From: Gammaproteobacteria bacterium | Lineage (GTDB): Bacteria > Pseudomonadota > Gammaproteobacteria > Natronospirales > REEB76 | DNA length: 64,000 nucleotides | Assembly: GCA_027315405.1 (NCBI GenBank) | Contig: DAHUYB010000057.1 | Location: forward strand, 8,380 to 72,379 | Direction of reading: 5' to 3' | In this document: piece by piece, positions 28,815 to 40,228 of the stretch | Position numbering within the stretch: the first letter of the stretch is position 1 | Layout: each line of letters begins with the position of its first letter | Translations under genes and position numbers: made by a program | Notes under the pieces: generated by a model | The model's database searches: none | Seen by the model: the letters and a program-made list of their open reading frames with translations, nothing else | What the model was told of the DNA's origin: nothing

Positions 28815-30182
28815 TTAATTGATGGAAAGTCGGGTTTTTACTTTTCGAGCAACGATACGCATGGCCATCTCCAGAGCCTGCTCATAGTTAAGTCGTGGAT
28901 CCACCTGGGATTTATAGGCACGCTCCAGATCGGTGTCGGTAAGCCCGCGGGCGCCGCCGGTGCATTCGGTCACATCGTCACCGGTGAGTTCGAAATGCAC
29001 GCCGGCGAGCATACTGCCCAATTGCTCGTGCAACGCGAAAGCCGCTTCCAGTTCCTCAAGAATGTTCTCGAAGCGCCGGGTTTTGATACCACTGGCGGTG
29101 GTCTCCGTATTGCCGTGCATGGGATCGCAAATCCACAGCACTTGCTTGCCCGTCTTGCGGATGGCTTCCACCAGGACGGGCAGTTTGTCATTGATATTTT
29201 TCGCGCCGAAGCGGTGTATCAGCGTAAGCCGCCCCAGTTCGTTATTCGGGTTGAGCACCGTGCAAAGCTCCAGCAAATGTTCCGCGCTCATGCCCACCCC
29301 CACCTTGACGGCGATGGGATTGGCGATGCCGCGAAAGTATTCCACGTGGGCACCACTCACATCCGCGGTACGCATGCCGACCCAGGGGAAATGGGTCGAG
29401 AGGTTGTACCAGCGGCCGGTTTCCGCCACGAACGTGGTCTGGGCCTGCTCATATAGAAGGTGCAGACCTTCGTGGCTGGTGAAGAAATCAATGCTGGCGC
29501 TCTCGGACAACGGCTGGCCGGAGATGGTTTCCATGAAATTCAGCGAATCCACAATCGACTGGACGATGCGCCGGTATTCCGCCTCCAACGGCGAGTTGCG
29601 CACAAAATCCAGATCCCAGTATTCCGGGTGGTGCAGATCGGCAAAGCCGCCATCCACCAGTGCGCGCAGGTAATTCAGCGTAAGTGCCGCATGTTCGTAA
29701 CCACGGAGCATGAGTTTCGGATCGGCCGCGCGTTCGGCAGCGCTGAAACCGGAACGGTTGATGATATCCCCCCGGTAGCTCGGCAAGGTGAGACCGTTGC
29801 GGGTTTCATGTTCGACGGAACGCGGCTTGGCGTACTGGCCGGCCATCCGGCCTACGCGGATGACGCGCTTTTTGAGCCCATGTACCAGCACCAAGCTCAT
29901 CTGCAACAGTATCTTGAGCTTATTGGCGATGGGCTCGGCGGTGCAGTCATCGAAGCTCTCGGCGCAATCACCACCTTGCAAAACGAAGCGCTCGCCGCAT
30001 CCGGCTTCCGCCAGTTGACGGCGCAATTTGTCCACCTCGCCCCAGGTGACCAAAGGCGGACGCCGGTGGATTTCCGCCAGCACCCGGTCAACGGCCAGCG
30101 CATCGGAATACAGCGGCTGCTGGTCAGCGGTAAGTGACTGCCAGCTGTGCGGCTGCCATTTTTGTGCGAGTTTATGCTCCAT
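28815..30182 (-). CDS. Class II DAHP synthase
   Basis: QGGDCAESF, GQYAKPRS, SHEGL, CDPMHGNT, DPRLN. Confidence 0.93.
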   Translation of the reverse strand: MEHKLAQKWQPHSWQSLTADQQPLYSDALAVDRVLAEIHRRPPLVTWGEVDKLRRQLAEAGCGERFVLQGGDCAESFDDCTAEPIANKLKILLQMSLVLVHGLKKRVIRVGRMAGQYAKPRSVEHETRNGLTLPSYRGDIINRSGFSAAERAADPKLMLRGYEHAALTLNYLRALVDGGFADLHHPEYWDLDFVRNSPLEAEYRRIVQSIVDSLNFMETISGQPLSESASIDFFTSHEGLHLLYEQAQTTFVAETGRWYNLSTHFPWVGMRTADVSGAHVEYFRGIANPIAVKVGVGMSAEHLLELCTVLNPNNELGRLTLIHRFGAKNINDKLPVLVEAIRKTGKQVLWICDPMHGNTETTASGIKTRRFENILEELEAAFALHEQLGSMLAGVHFELTGDDVTECTGGARGLTDTDLERAYKSQVDPRLNYEQALEMAMRIVARKVKTRLSIN

Positions 30183-30372
30183 GGTTGCGTGACATGCTAC
30201 ACGGGCAGTCACATTGGGAAAAGCATAACTGGCGCCGGGCAGGTTAAATTCGTTAAAATCATCGTTTTACGGATGTATCGCCTGCCTCTTTCCCCAGTGT
30301 GCTTTCGCACGGCACCGCATAGGGCCCGGTCCGCCTGGACGGATGTCCTTTGAACTGACAGGAGCTTTATAC

Positions 30373-31530
30373 ATGCATCGTGTTCTCGTACTTGGAGCTG
30401 GCAAGATCGGCTCCCTGCTCTCCGGCTTGCTGGCTGCATCGGGGGATTACCAGGTGGATGTGGGTGACGTGAATGCGCACACAGCCCAGGCGATCGCCAG
30501 CGGCTATAAGCTGGCCAACATCAAGGCCCATCAGGTGGATGCCGCCAGTAAAGAGGCTTTGGAAAAGCATCTTGAGATCCATGCTGTGGATGCGGTGATC
30601 TCCAGCCTGCCATATTTTTGCAACCCGCCGGTGGCCGAAGTGGCCCGTAAACTCAAGTTGCATTACTTTGACCTCACCGAGGACGTGGAGGTAGCCCGCG
30701 CAGTCACCAAAATCAGCCAGGGCGCCGACACGACATTTGCACCCCAGTGCGGGCTGGCTCCCGGTTTCATCAGCATCGCCGCCAATGAACTCATGAGCCA
30801 CTTTACTGCCATCCACGATGTGAAACTGCGTGTGGGTGCCCTGCCTCAAAACCCCGGCAACATGACCAAGTATGCGCTCACCTGGTCGTCGGACGGGGTG
30901 ATCAACGAATACGGCAATCTCTGCTATGGAGTAGCTGACGGCAAACCCGCCACCTTGATGCCGTTGGAAGGATTGGAAACCATCCAGCTGGAAGGCAGAT
31001 TGTACGAGGCCTTCAATACCTCAGGCGGCCTGGGCTCACTGGCTGAAACCTATGCAGGTAAACTGCGCAATCTCACCTACAAGACCATGCGCTATCCGGG
31101 ACATTGTGAACTTATGCGGATACTCATGAATGACCTGCGCATGAACGAACACCGGAATGAACTCAAGCTGATCATGGAACGTGCGGTACCGCGCACCGTG
31201 CAGGATATTGTTCTGGTATATGTGTCCGTCACCGGCATGCAACATGGCAAATTCATGGAAGAGAATTACCTAAATCAAATTTATCCGCAACAGATTGCCG
31301 GCAAACTCTGGTCGGCCATCCAGGTAACAACCAGCGCCGGCGTGTGTGCGGTGGTGGACCTGGTGCTAAAAAAGCCAGAAGTCTACAAAGGCCTGGTGAA
31401 ACAGGAACAGTTCCAGCTCGGTGAGGTGTTGGCCAACCGCTTTGGCAAAGCATACGCCCAGGCGGAAACCGCGGAATTGTCGGCGCGGTTGGTACGCAGC
31501 GGCGAAGCTGCCAAACAATTTGTAGCCTGA
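30373..31530 (+). CDS. Saccharopine dehydrogenase-like/lysine 6-dehydrogenase
   Basis: [43 protein letters not shown]. Confidence 0.85.
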   Translation: MHRVLVLGAGKIGSLLSGLLAASGDYQVDVGDVNAHTAQAIASGYKLANIKAHQVDAASKEALEKHLEIHAVDAVISSLPYFCNPPVAEVARKLKLHYFDLTEDVEVARAVTKISQGADTTFAPQCGLAPGFISIAANELMSHFTAIHDVKLRVGALPQNPGNMTKYALTWSSDGVINEYGNLCYGVADGKPATLMPLEGLETIQLEGRLYEAFNTSGGLGSLAETYAGKLRNLTYKTMRYPGHCELMRILMNDLRMNEHRNELKLIMERAVPRTVQDIVLVYVSVTGMQHGKFMEENYLNQIYPQQIAGKLWSAIQVTTSAGVCAVVDLVLKKPEVYKGLVKQEQFQLGEVLANRFGKAYAQAETAELSARLVRSGEAAKQFVA

Positions 31531-31540
31531 GGAGGACTTG

Positions 31541-33079
31541 ATGGCAAAAGTGACTATTACCGGGATATTGCAATCGTTGGGGCTGGAAAAGACCAATGCC
31601 GGCGTGTGGTCCGCTACTGGCGGCTGGCACAAGAGCCGCGGCGGCGAACTGCTGGAATCCATCAACCCGGCAACCGGCAAGGTTATCGCGCGCGTTGTCT
31701 GTGCCACCGAAGACGACTACGAACAGGTCATTGAAGATGCCCAAGCGGCATTTCATGCCTGGCGCGAAGTTCCAGCACCCAAACGCGGTGAAGCGGTACG
31801 GCTGATCGCCGAAGCTCTGCGCAAGCACAAAAACGCCCTGGGTAATTTGGTCTCCCTGGAGATGGGTAAAATCAAGGCCGAGGGCGACGGCGAAGTGCAG
31901 GAAATGATAGACATCGCCGATTTTGCCGTGGGCCAGTCGCGTATGCTCTATGGGAATACCATGCACTCGGAACGCCCGCATCACCGCATGTATGAGCAGT
32001 GGCACCCCTATGGCGTGGTGGGCGTCATCAGCGCCTTCAATTTTCCGGTGGCGGTGTGGTCCTGGAACGCTTTCCTGTCCGCCATTTGCGGCAATGCCAC
32101 GGTCTGGAAACCCTCGCCGCGCACCCCGCTATGCGCGATTGCAGTGCAGCATATCTGCAATCGGGTGCTGAAAAAGCACGGTTATCCGGCCATCTTTTCC
32201 CTCTTCGTGGACAAAAGCGTACGACTTGCGGAGAAATTTGCCAAAGACCCGCGCGTGTCGCTCATCTCCTTCACCGGCTCCTCGGCGGTTGGCCGTAAGG
32301 TCGGCGAGATGGTGGCGGCCCGCTTGGGCCGCGCACTGCTGGAACTGGGCGGCAATAACGCCATCATCGTGGATGAAAGCGCCGACCTGAAACTGGTGGT
32401 GCCGGCCGTTATGTTTGGCGCCGTGGGTACCGCTGGCCAACGCTGCACTTCCACACGCCGCCTCATTGTGCATGAAAATATCATGGGTGAACTGGTAGAT
32501 AAGCTTGCGCATGCCTATAAACAGGTGCCGATCGGCGATCCATTGGCGGAAAACACACTCATGGGTCCGCTCTGCAGCGAAGATGCAGTAAAACATTATC
32601 GCGCGGCTATCAGCGCCATAAAAAAAGTCGGCGGTAAAATTGTCTGCGGCGGCAAGGTACTGAACCGTCCAGGTTACTTCGTGGAACCCACCATCGTGCG
32701 TGCCAACAGCGGTTGGGATATCGTCAAAACCGAAACCTTTGCTTCGATCCTATATGTCATGTCATTTCATGCGCTGGAAGAAGCAGTGCGCATGCACAAC
32801 GACGTGCCCCAAGGCCTATCCTCCGCTATCTTCACTCGCAACCTGAAGAACGCGGAATATTTTCTCTCCGCAGTCGGCAGCGATTGCGGCATCGCCAACG
32901 TGAACATTGGCACCTCCGGCGCCGAGATCGGCGGCGCCTTCGGTGGTGAGAAGGAAACCGGCGGCGGGCGCGAATCCGGCTCGGATGCCTGGAAGCAATA
33001 CATGCGACGCCAGACCAATACCATCAACTGGTCTGACCAATTGCCTCTGGCACAAGGCATCAAATTCGATGTGGGTTGA
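31541..33079 (+). CDS. ALDH7 family aminoadipate-semialdehyde/piperideine-6-carboxylate dehydrogenase
   Basis: [47 protein letters not shown]. Confidence 0.92.
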   Translation: MAKVTITGILQSLGLEKTNAGVWSATGGWHKSRGGELLESINPATGKVIARVVCATEDDYEQVIEDAQAAFHAWREVPAPKRGEAVRLIAEALRKHKNALGNLVSLEMGKIKAEGDGEVQEMIDIADFAVGQSRMLYGNTMHSERPHHRMYEQWHPYGVVGVISAFNFPVAVWSWNAFLSAICGNATVWKPSPRTPLCAIAVQHICNRVLKKHGYPAIFSLFVDKSVRLAEKFAKDPRVSLISFTGSSAVGRKVGEMVAARLGRALLELGGNNAIIVDESADLKLVVPAVMFGAVGTAGQRCTSTRRLIVHENIMGELVDKLAHAYKQVPIGDPLAENTLMGPLCSEDAVKHYRAAISAIKKVGGKIVCGGKVLNRPGYFVEPTIVRANSGWDIVKTETFASILYVMSFHALEEAVRMHNDVPQGLSSAIFTRNLKNAEYFLSAVGSDCGIANVNIGTSGAEIGGAFGGEKETGGGRESGSDAWKQYMRRQTNTINWSDQLPLAQGIKFDVG

Positions 33080-33107
33080 AATACCGGGCATTGGATGATG
33101 AAAAGCC

Positions 33108-33137
33108 ACAACGTCGCGCTTCGCGCGACGTTGTTTT
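33108..33137 (+). terminator. Intrinsic terminator-like hairpin
   Basis: acaacgtcgcgc-ttc-gcgcgacgttgt followed by ttt. Confidence 0.65.
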
Positions 33138-33155
33138 GTAACAGGAATACGCACT

Positions 33156-33992
33156 TTGCTGGCACTGCATCTTTTGTTACTCGCCGTTCTTCAGGGTATT
33201 ACCGAGCTGTTCCCCATCAGCAGCCTCGGTCACAGCATCCTGGTACCCGCGCTGCTCAATTGGCGGATTAATCGGGAGGCTACCTGGTTCCTGCCATACA
33301 TAGTGGTGTTGCATCTCGGCACCGCCACAGCACTCTTTATATATTTCTGGCGCGACTGGTTTACGCTGCTTGGCGGCGCCTGGAAAGCACGCGGCAATCT
33401 GAACAATCCTCATGCCCGTTTGTTCTGGTTACTGGTAGTAGGCACCGTCCCTGCGGGCATTCTCGGTCTGCTGCTGGAACGTAAAATCAAAGCACTGTTT
33501 GGCAGCTTCGTGGTGGCCGCTGTTTTCCTGATGATAAACGGCATAATTCTGTTCATCGGTGATGCACTCAAACAGCGTGCCGCACGTCACGAGTTGGTGA
33601 AAATGAGCTGGTGGCGCGCCTTTGGCATTGGCTGCGCCCAGGCCCTGGCGCTGATTCCCGGTATTTCGCGTTCAGGCGCCACGCTGGTGGCGGGCGTGTG
33701 GTCAGGACTCGATTACGCGTCGTCCGCACGCTTTTCCTTTTTGTTGGCCACACCGATTATCGGCGCGGCCGGCCTACTGGAAGTGCCGCAACTCATCAAA
33801 CACCGGACAACAATGCCTGAAGATCTTTTGCTGACTCTCATAATGGGCGGGCTACTCGCGGGTGTTTTTGCTTGGCTGAGCGTCTGGTTTTTGATGAAGT
33901 ATTTCAAACGACATGAAATGACTGCGCTACGGCCCTTCGGCATCTATTGCCTGTTGGCGGGCGCCATAGCGCTGCTGATGCATTACGCATGA
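33156..33992 (+). CDS. uppP: Undecaprenyl-diphosphate phosphatase
   Basis: QGITELFPISSLGH, PGISRSG, RFSFLL. Confidence 0.93.
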   Translation: MLALHLLLLAVLQGITELFPISSLGHSILVPALLNWRINREATWFLPYIVVLHLGTATALFIYFWRDWFTLLGGAWKARGNLNNPHARLFWLLVVGTVPAGILGLLLERKIKALFGSFVVAAVFLMINGIILFIGDALKQRAARHELVKMSWWRAFGIGCAQALALIPGISRSGATLVAGVWSGLDYASSARFSFLLATPIIGAAGLLEVPQLIKHRTTMPEDLLLTLIMGGLLAGVFAWLSVWFLMKYFKRHEMTALRPFGIYCLLAGAIALLMHYA

Positions 33993-34147
33993 ATCCTGTA
34001 GCATGGCTATTGATCGCTCGCATAGCACACGCCCGGTCGGTGCCGCGCACGCGATTTTACCGGGTCATCCCATTTGATTGATTTTCCACGCAGAAAGTAT
34101 ATGGTGAACGCATTCCGAGATAAGCACCCCAGTTGACAAACCACCCT

Positions 34148-35914
34148 ATGACAGATGATTCCACAAGTTTTCTGGCGCGACTCAAACGCCATCATATTTA
34201 CCGGGTCGCGACCGTCTATGCAATTGCCGGCTGGGTACTCATCCAGCTTTCCAACGGAATTTTTCCGGACTTCGGCTTGCCGCGCACCAGCGTGCGCGTT
34301 GTCATCGCGATTATCGCACTGGGCTTGCCGGTGGTGCTGGTGCTGGCCTGGATGTTCATTCGACCTGTTGATCCGGAGAAACTTGCTCATTGGCAACGCC
34401 GGCGCTGGCGGCTGGGATCACTGTTATCCATGATTGTCATTGCCTTTGTCAGCATTTCGGGGATATATATCTGGAAAGTCACCTCCGAATCGTCGGCCCC
34501 AGCCGCCGGGGTGCCCGCAGTCAGCGAGATAGCGGCATTTAATCCGCCGGCGAACTCTATTGCCGTACTGCCATTTCAGAATCTGAGCAATAATCCGACA
34601 CGCCAATATTTCAGCGACGGCATCACCCAGGAACTTACCAATGCCCTGGGTCAAATAACCGGCCTGCGAGTTATCGCCTGGCAATCCATGGCCGGTTACC
34701 GCAACAGCGCACTGCCCGCGAATGCCATCGGTAAAGAACTGAACGTGGCCTACATGCTCGTCGGCAGTGTGATGCGCGAAGGCAACGAGCTGCGTGTTTA
34801 CGCCGAATTGGTAAATACGATGAACGGCTATCAGCTGTGGTCGAATAAATATGACCGGTCACTTAAGGATATATTCGCGGTACAGGACGACATTTCAAGG
34901 GCTATCGCCGGTTCCTTGCAGTTGGAGCTCAGCGGCAATGGCCACCTGGTGACCGCCCCAACTATCAGCACGCAAGCCCATGATGCTTATCTGAAAGGCA
35001 TGGAAGCTTTTAATGTTCGCACCACCGCCAATCTCTATAAGGCTATCAAATATTTCCAGCGAGCCATCAAATTGGATCCGGGTTACGCCGAGGCCTATGC
35101 CCAACTCGGCGGAGCCTACACGGTGCTTCCGGAAGTCACCTCCATGACGTACACGAAAGCCAATGCCAAAGCCAGGCCAGTGATCCAGAAAGCAATCGCC
35201 ATCAACCCGAATCTGGCTCAAGCGCATGCGGTATTGGCCAACATTTATATTTCGGAGCACAATACCGATGCCGCCAAAGCCGAGCTGTTGAAGACCCTGG
35301 CTTTGGATCCCAGCAATGCGTCCGCACATAGCAGCTACGCTTTCCTGTTGCCGCTTAAGGATGCGTTGGCGCAATATCAACAAGCTGCCATGCTGAACCC
35401 GGAATATTGGGCGGTACAAATGAATTTGGGCAGCGCCTATGCCGAACTCGAGGAGATTCCGCAGGCAATCAAAACCTATCGAATCGCCCAACGACTGTCC
35501 CCCACAAATATCGATGCACCGCTGGAAATCGCTTACCTGCGCCACCTGCAATCCCAAAATACAGAGTCGGTACGCGTGCTTGCCGACATGAAGGTCGCAA
35601 ACAAAGCCGATGCCAAAATATTGGAGGCCTCGCGCCTTAGCTACGCTGCACTGCTGGATCCACGACTGCGAAATCAGGCGCTAGCCACTCTCGACAAGCT
35701 TGCGGGTGACAAAAACGGTGGATTTGACCAATACTACCTGGCTACCGCCTACATCGTACTGGGAGAAAAGCTCAAGGCCATACAATTGATACAACAATTC
35801 TGCGGTAACGCGCCGGATACTTGTAATGATATCGCGGTTGATACCCATTACCAGTTGCTGCGCAATGAAAAGGAATTCCAAAAACTTGTGACTCAATACG
35901 AGCTTAAATACTAA
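34148..35914 (+). CDS. Membrane-anchored TolB-like-N-domain plus TPR protein
   Basis: LKRHHIYRVATVYAIAGW with three TMs, SIAVLPFQNLS..YFSDG..DIFAVQD, TPR repeats. Confidence 0.8.
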   Translation: MTDDSTSFLARLKRHHIYRVATVYAIAGWVLIQLSNGIFPDFGLPRTSVRVVIAIIALGLPVVLVLAWMFIRPVDPEKLAHWQRRRWRLGSLLSMIVIAFVSISGIYIWKVTSESSAPAAGVPAVSEIAAFNPPANSIAVLPFQNLSNNPTRQYFSDGITQELTNALGQITGLRVIAWQSMAGYRNSALPANAIGKELNVAYMLVGSVMREGNELRVYAELVNTMNGYQLWSNKYDRSLKDIFAVQDDISRAIAGSLQLELSGNGHLVTAPTISTQAHDAYLKGMEAFNVRTTANLYKAIKYFQRAIKLDPGYAEAYAQLGGAYTVLPEVTSMTYTKANAKARPVIQKAIAINPNLAQAHAVLANIYISEHNTDAAKAELLKTLALDPSNASAHSSYAFLLPLKDALAQYQQAAMLNPEYWAVQMNLGSAYAELEEIPQAIKTYRIAQRLSPTNIDAPLEIAYLRHLQSQNTESVRVLADMKVANKADAKILEASRLSYAALLDPRLRNQALATLDKLAGDKNGGFDQYYLATAYIVLGEKLKAIQLIQQFCGNAPDTCNDIAVDTHYQLLRNEKEFQKLVTQYELKY

Positions 35915-35973
35915 ATTATGGATTACGTATATATCTTGCCGTTGCCTAAACGGCATTAATGACGCCAGCATTA

Positions 35974-36459
35974 TTATAGATTCTCAAAGCGGTTCTTCTC
36001 CCGGTTCTTACGCACTTTGTCAGCTTGAAACACACGACCGTTCATAAATATATATACGCCGGGATCCAAGCTCTGGACCGCCGCCACCGCCCCGCCGATA
36101 TTGAACATGGCATCGCTGCCGCGGAAACGTGCCGGATTGAGTGCGCCCGTGAGCACGATGGTCTTATCCGGGATACCCTGCAGCGCCACAGCGGTCTCGG
36201 TCATGCTGTCGGTGCCGTGAGTAATGAGTATGCATTGCTCCCGGCACTGCTGCACGGCCTTATGGATGAGTTCGCGGTCCATCGTGGTCATATCCAAGCT
36301 GTCCTTGCGCATCAGAGAGGTAATTTCAAACGAAAATGTCACACCCATGTCCCGCAGAATTTCACTAATCTGTGGCTCACCTATCTCGTATTCGCTTTTA
36401 GCGTCGAAATAGATCTTGTCGATAGTGCCGCCGGTAGTGAAGATGCGCAACTTATCCAT
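35974..36459 (-). CDS. Short-chain L-asparaginase (N-terminal domain only)
   Basis: TTGGTIDK, KDSL, THGTDSM, LTGA, DAMFN; 161 aa. Confidence 0.87.
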   Translation of the reverse strand: MDKLRIFTTGGTIDKIYFDAKSEYEIGEPQISEILRDMGVTFSFEITSLMRKDSLDMTTMDRELIHKAVQQCREQCILITHGTDSMTETAVALQGIPDKTIVLTGALNPARFRGSDAMFNIGGAVAAVQSLDPGVYIFMNGRVFQADKVRKNREKNRFENL

Positions 36460-36475
36460 ATTCAAAGTCAACTTC

Positions 36476-38719
36476 TCAATTAAGAGTAAATGGTAGGCCG
36501 ATATATAAGTAAAATGACTGATTGCCAGATTGAGAAAAGCCGGTACCGAAATACAAGGGTCCTAGCACGGTATCTGCACCAATAAACAGCGAACTGCCAT
36601 ATTGCAACCCCCGCAGGCTGATGTGCTGAGTGTTGCCCCAGACATTACCGCCTTCTAGGCTGCCACCGATATACAGCCCATTACCCAAAACGCTAGGCAG
36701 ATTCCCGATACGCTCAAGATAAATGAAATGAACGGCGAAAACCTGCTGACCCCGCAATTGTTGCTGGCGAAGGCCCGAGAGCGACAGAAATCCTCCCAGG
36801 GTAAATTCATCATAGAATGGAACATTGGTGCGCAATGAAGAACCCACGTCGGCGGTAAGAATCAGTCGGTGTGAGTTATTGCCGATTACCTGCGCTCCGG
36901 TTAATTCCGCCTTGTCATAATTGACATCGCTGCCCATGGCACCACGTGCAAAGAAACTGTCCAGTTTCAAATAGGATCCCGATAGCGGAAAACCCGTATC
37001 ACCGTCCAGTGTATCCAGACCGAAACGCAGACGTATGCCGCCCAAGGTATTGCGGTAGGACGGCAAGGTGGGTTCACCCACCCGCGGTGTCGAAAACACA
37101 TGCCCATAGGATGGACCAATGCGCAGCTCGGCTACATTGCCGAATTCGCCACCAATATCGAAACCACCGCGTATGACACGGGTAGTGTATTGCGCAATCA
37201 AGTTTTCGCCGCTGTAGACATTTGACAATGTGTTCAGATACTCGGCCTGGGGAGCAACAAAAACCGAACCCGAATAATTTACCGGTTGATAAAGTTCAGT
37301 ATAGACACGCCGGTTGTTCCCGATCTCAAACTGGTTGCGCCATTCCGCACCCAATTGATTGATTTCCGTGCGCGTCCAGCCAAACAACAAGCCATACTGG
37401 CTGCCGCCTTCGAAATCATCCGCGATGTGTAGCCCAAAGCGCAGATAGTTGGCGCGCCAGGGTTTTTCTGCGACCGTGATAACCAATCCGGTCCGAGTGC
37501 CCTCATGGGCGATGGCGGCGGTCACCTGACGAAAATATCCGAGGCGATCAAGACGTTCAAGGTCACGGTCAATTTGTTTGAAATCCCAAGGCTTACCCGC
37601 CTTGGTAAAGAGGTGGCTGCGGATCAACGCCGTCGGAACCCGCTGGTTGCCGCGGATCAATATGAAGTCCACCAACTTCAGAGCTTGCGGCACATAACGA
37701 TGTTGTTCCTTGTATTCTGCATAGGCTTGCGGAGAAAGCTGCAAAGCGCGCAACGGCGCCAGAACCTTGAGAGCCGCTTGCCTGCCTATCCTGATGGCTT
37801 CGGCGGCACGGCTGAAATCCAGCGCGGAAATATCGCCAAGATCGGGTTGAATCAGGACATCATGCGCAGTCAGACTCGCTATAGATTGGTTCACATTCTG
37901 ATTTCCCAGCAACTTGATCACCTGCAGGGAAACGCCAACCACATTATTGAGGCTCTCGGGATTTGAAAGCGGCGTGCTCACATTGACGGCAATGACCACA
38001 TCCGCACCCATCTTGCGGGCCACATCCACCGGCAAGTTGTCCACCAAACCGCCGTCCACCAGCAGATGGTGGTCGAGTTCCACTGGCGCATACACCCCTG
38101 GGACTGACATGCTGGCTCGCATGGCGGCAGCCAGGTTTCCATGATCCAGCACCACTTCGGCACCCGTATCAATATCAGCGGCCACCGCGCGAAACGGGAT
38201 TGGCAATTTGCTGAAATCAGTAGAGGGCTGGGTAGCGAGCGTTAGAACATTGAGAATACGCCCCGGATCATTGCCCGCGATGATGCCCTGGGGGAAAAAG
38301 AACCGGCCGTTCGCATAGCCGAATTCCACCTGTAACAGATATTGGAGCTGGTACTGCTTCGCCTGGTAATCCAGCAGACTGCGAGGTTGCTGGTTGGCCA
38401 TACTGGCCTGGAGATCGGGTTGCGTTAACGTAACCTGTAATTCCTGGGCCGTAAACCCCGAGGCATAGAGACCACCTACGATGGCGCCACCGCTGGTACC
38501 GGCGATGCAATCCACCGGAATGCGCAGTTGCTCCAACGCTTCCAACACACCCACATGGGCCGCGCCGCGCGCGCCGCCGCCCCCCAATGCCAAACAGATA
38601 CGCGGCCGATGCGGAGGTATCACCGTGTTGGTAACGAAAGCGCGTGCTGGCACGGCGGTTGTACATAGCCAAATCCAAAAAATTGCGCACGCACACCATT
38701 GTAGAACGGTTCTTGGCAT
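36476..38719 (-). CDS. PlpD-like patatin-POTRA-Omp85 barrel protein (type Vd architecture)
   Basis: Signal peptide, GGGARG, GTSGG, DGG, POTRA-like GNQRV, C-terminal beta-barrel strands. Confidence 0.85.
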   Translation of the reverse strand: MPRTVLQWCACAIFWIWLCTTAVPARAFVTNTVIPPHRPRICLALGGGGARGAAHVGVLEALEQLRIPVDCIAGTSGGAIVGGLYASGFTAQELQVTLTQPDLQASMANQQPRSLLDYQAKQYQLQYLLQVEFGYANGRFFFPQGIIAGNDPGRILNVLTLATQPSTDFSKLPIPFRAVAADIDTGAEVVLDHGNLAAAMRASMSVPGVYAPVELDHHLLVDGGLVDNLPVDVARKMGADVVIAVNVSTPLSNPESLNNVVGVSLQVIKLLGNQNVNQSIASLTAHDVLIQPDLGDISALDFSRAAEAIRIGRQAALKVLAPLRALQLSPQAYAEYKEQHRYVPQALKLVDFILIRGNQRVPTALIRSHLFTKAGKPWDFKQIDRDLERLDRLGYFRQVTAAIAHEGTRTGLVITVAEKPWRANYLRFGLHIADDFEGGSQYGLLFGWTRTEINQLGAEWRNQFEIGNNRRVYTELYQPVNYSGSVFVAPQAEYLNTLSNVYSGENLIAQYTTRVIRGGFDIGGEFGNVAELRIGPSYGHVFSTPRVGEPTLPSYRNTLGGIRLRFGLDTLDGDTGFPLSGSYLKLDSFFARGAMGSDVNYDKAELTGAQVIGNNSHRLILTADVGSSLRTNVPFYDEFTLGGFLSLSGLRQQQLRGQQVFAVHFIYLERIGNLPSVLGNGLYIGGSLEGGNVWGNTQHISLRGLQYGSSLFIGADTVLGPLYFGTGFSQSGNQSFYLYIGLPFTLN

Positions 38720-38884
38720 TGTTTTCAGCAAGCGAAATATATCGGTAACACTCTATCTCAGCACCCTTCCAGACAAGGATATGGCAGTAACACAGGTCAT
38801 GCTCCAGCATGTTACCGGATGCGTCCGGCGCGGAACAGGCTGATGCCGGTTGCCTTTATCCTGCGCCTCTGATTACATGACGCG

Positions 38885-40228
38885 ATGCCGCATCCCGGAA
38901 AACCGCTCGCCGCCGTCTTGCTGCTGTTTGCCCTAGGCCTGTCACTGCCCAGCCTGAGCGCAGACGGCCCGCGTACTGCATTGCTGCTGCATGTGGACGG
39001 CGCCATCAGTCCGGCAATGGCGGATTATGTTCTGCATGGCCTGGATGCGGCGGCTGAACAACATGCAAAATTGGTGATCCTGGAAATGGACACTCCCGGC
39101 GGCCTTGACAGCGCCATGCGCGATATTATCAAGGCGATCCTGGCCTCGCCCGTGCCGGTGGTAACCTACGTGGCGCCCAGTGGTGCACGCGCCGCCAGCG
39201 CCGGCACCTATATTTTGTATGCCAGTCATATCGCTGCCATGGCACCGGCTACTAATGTGGGTGCGGCCACGCCGGTACAGCTTATGGGCGGTAATTCACC
39301 CACACCCGCCGAACCCAAAACCGCCGAGGATCGCAAGATACTCAATGATGCCGTTGCCTACATCCGCGGGCTTGCCTTGGAGCGCGGCCGCAACCCTGAC
39401 TGGGCCGTCAAGGCGGTGCGCAGTGCGGCGAGCTTGACCGCCGGCCAGGCCCTGAAACAGCACGTGATTGATGTCATGGCTAACGACATCCCGGACCTCC
39501 TTGCCAAGCTGAATGGCCGCACGGTGGTCACTGAAACCGGCCCGGTCACACTGCATACCGCAGCTATTGCGGTGCAGGATTATCAGCGCGGCTTCCGGGT
39601 GCAATTCCTGACAGTGCTGACCGACCCCACCGTCGCCTATATCCTGCTGTTGATCGGCATTTACGGTCTGGTGTTCGAAGGCTACAATCCAGGAGGTGTT
39701 TTGCCCGGCGTGGTAGGCGCTATCGCCTTGCTGCTGGCTCTGTACGCTTTCCATGTGCTGCCGGTGAATTTCGCCGGCTTGGCGCTTATCGTTCTGGGCG
39801 TCATCCTGTTTGTTACGGAAACCTTTGTGCCCGCTTACGGCACCTTGAGCATCGGCGGCCTGGTGGCATTTGTTATCGGCTCGATCATACTGATGGACAC
39901 CCGCGTGCCTGGCTTCGCCGTTTCCCGTGGCCTTATCGGCGGCATCAGCAGCGCCGCCGCACTGATTATAGTGACCACCCTGTGGCTGGCGGTGCGCGCC
40001 CACCGCCGGCCGGTGGTGAGTGGTGCGGAAGAACTGCTGCAGGACCGTGCTCAGGCCCTGCAGGATTTTTCCGCCGCTGGCGACGGCACCGTGCATATCC
40101 ACAGTGAGACATGGAATGCGCACAGTAAAACTCCAATACGCGCAGGTGAAGCGGTAAAAGTCATTCGGCGTAAAGGCCTGACGTTAATTGTGGAACCCAT
40201 AGAGCACCCCGACGCAGAGGATACTTAA
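38885..40228 (+). CDS. nfeD: NfeD membrane-bound serine protease
   Basis: DTPGG, RAASAG, GAATP, TM region, C-terminal OB fold. Confidence 0.9.
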   Translation: MPHPGKPLAAVLLLFALGLSLPSLSADGPRTALLLHVDGAISPAMADYVLHGLDAAAEQHAKLVILEMDTPGGLDSAMRDIIKAILASPVPVVTYVAPSGARAASAGTYILYASHIAAMAPATNVGAATPVQLMGGNSPTPAEPKTAEDRKILNDAVAYIRGLALERGRNPDWAVKAVRSAASLTAGQALKQHVIDVMANDIPDLLAKLNGRTVVTETGPVTLHTAAIAVQDYQRGFRVQFLTVLTDPTVAYILLLIGIYGLVFEGYNPGGVLPGVVGAIALLLALYAFHVLPVNFAGLALIVLGVILFVTETFVPAYGTLSIGGLVAFVIGSIILMDTRVPGFAVSRGLIGGISSAAALIIVTTLWLAVRAHRRPVVSGAEELLQDRAQALQDFSAAGDGTVHIHSETWNAHSKTPIRAGEAVKVIRRKGLTLIVEPIEHPDAEDT

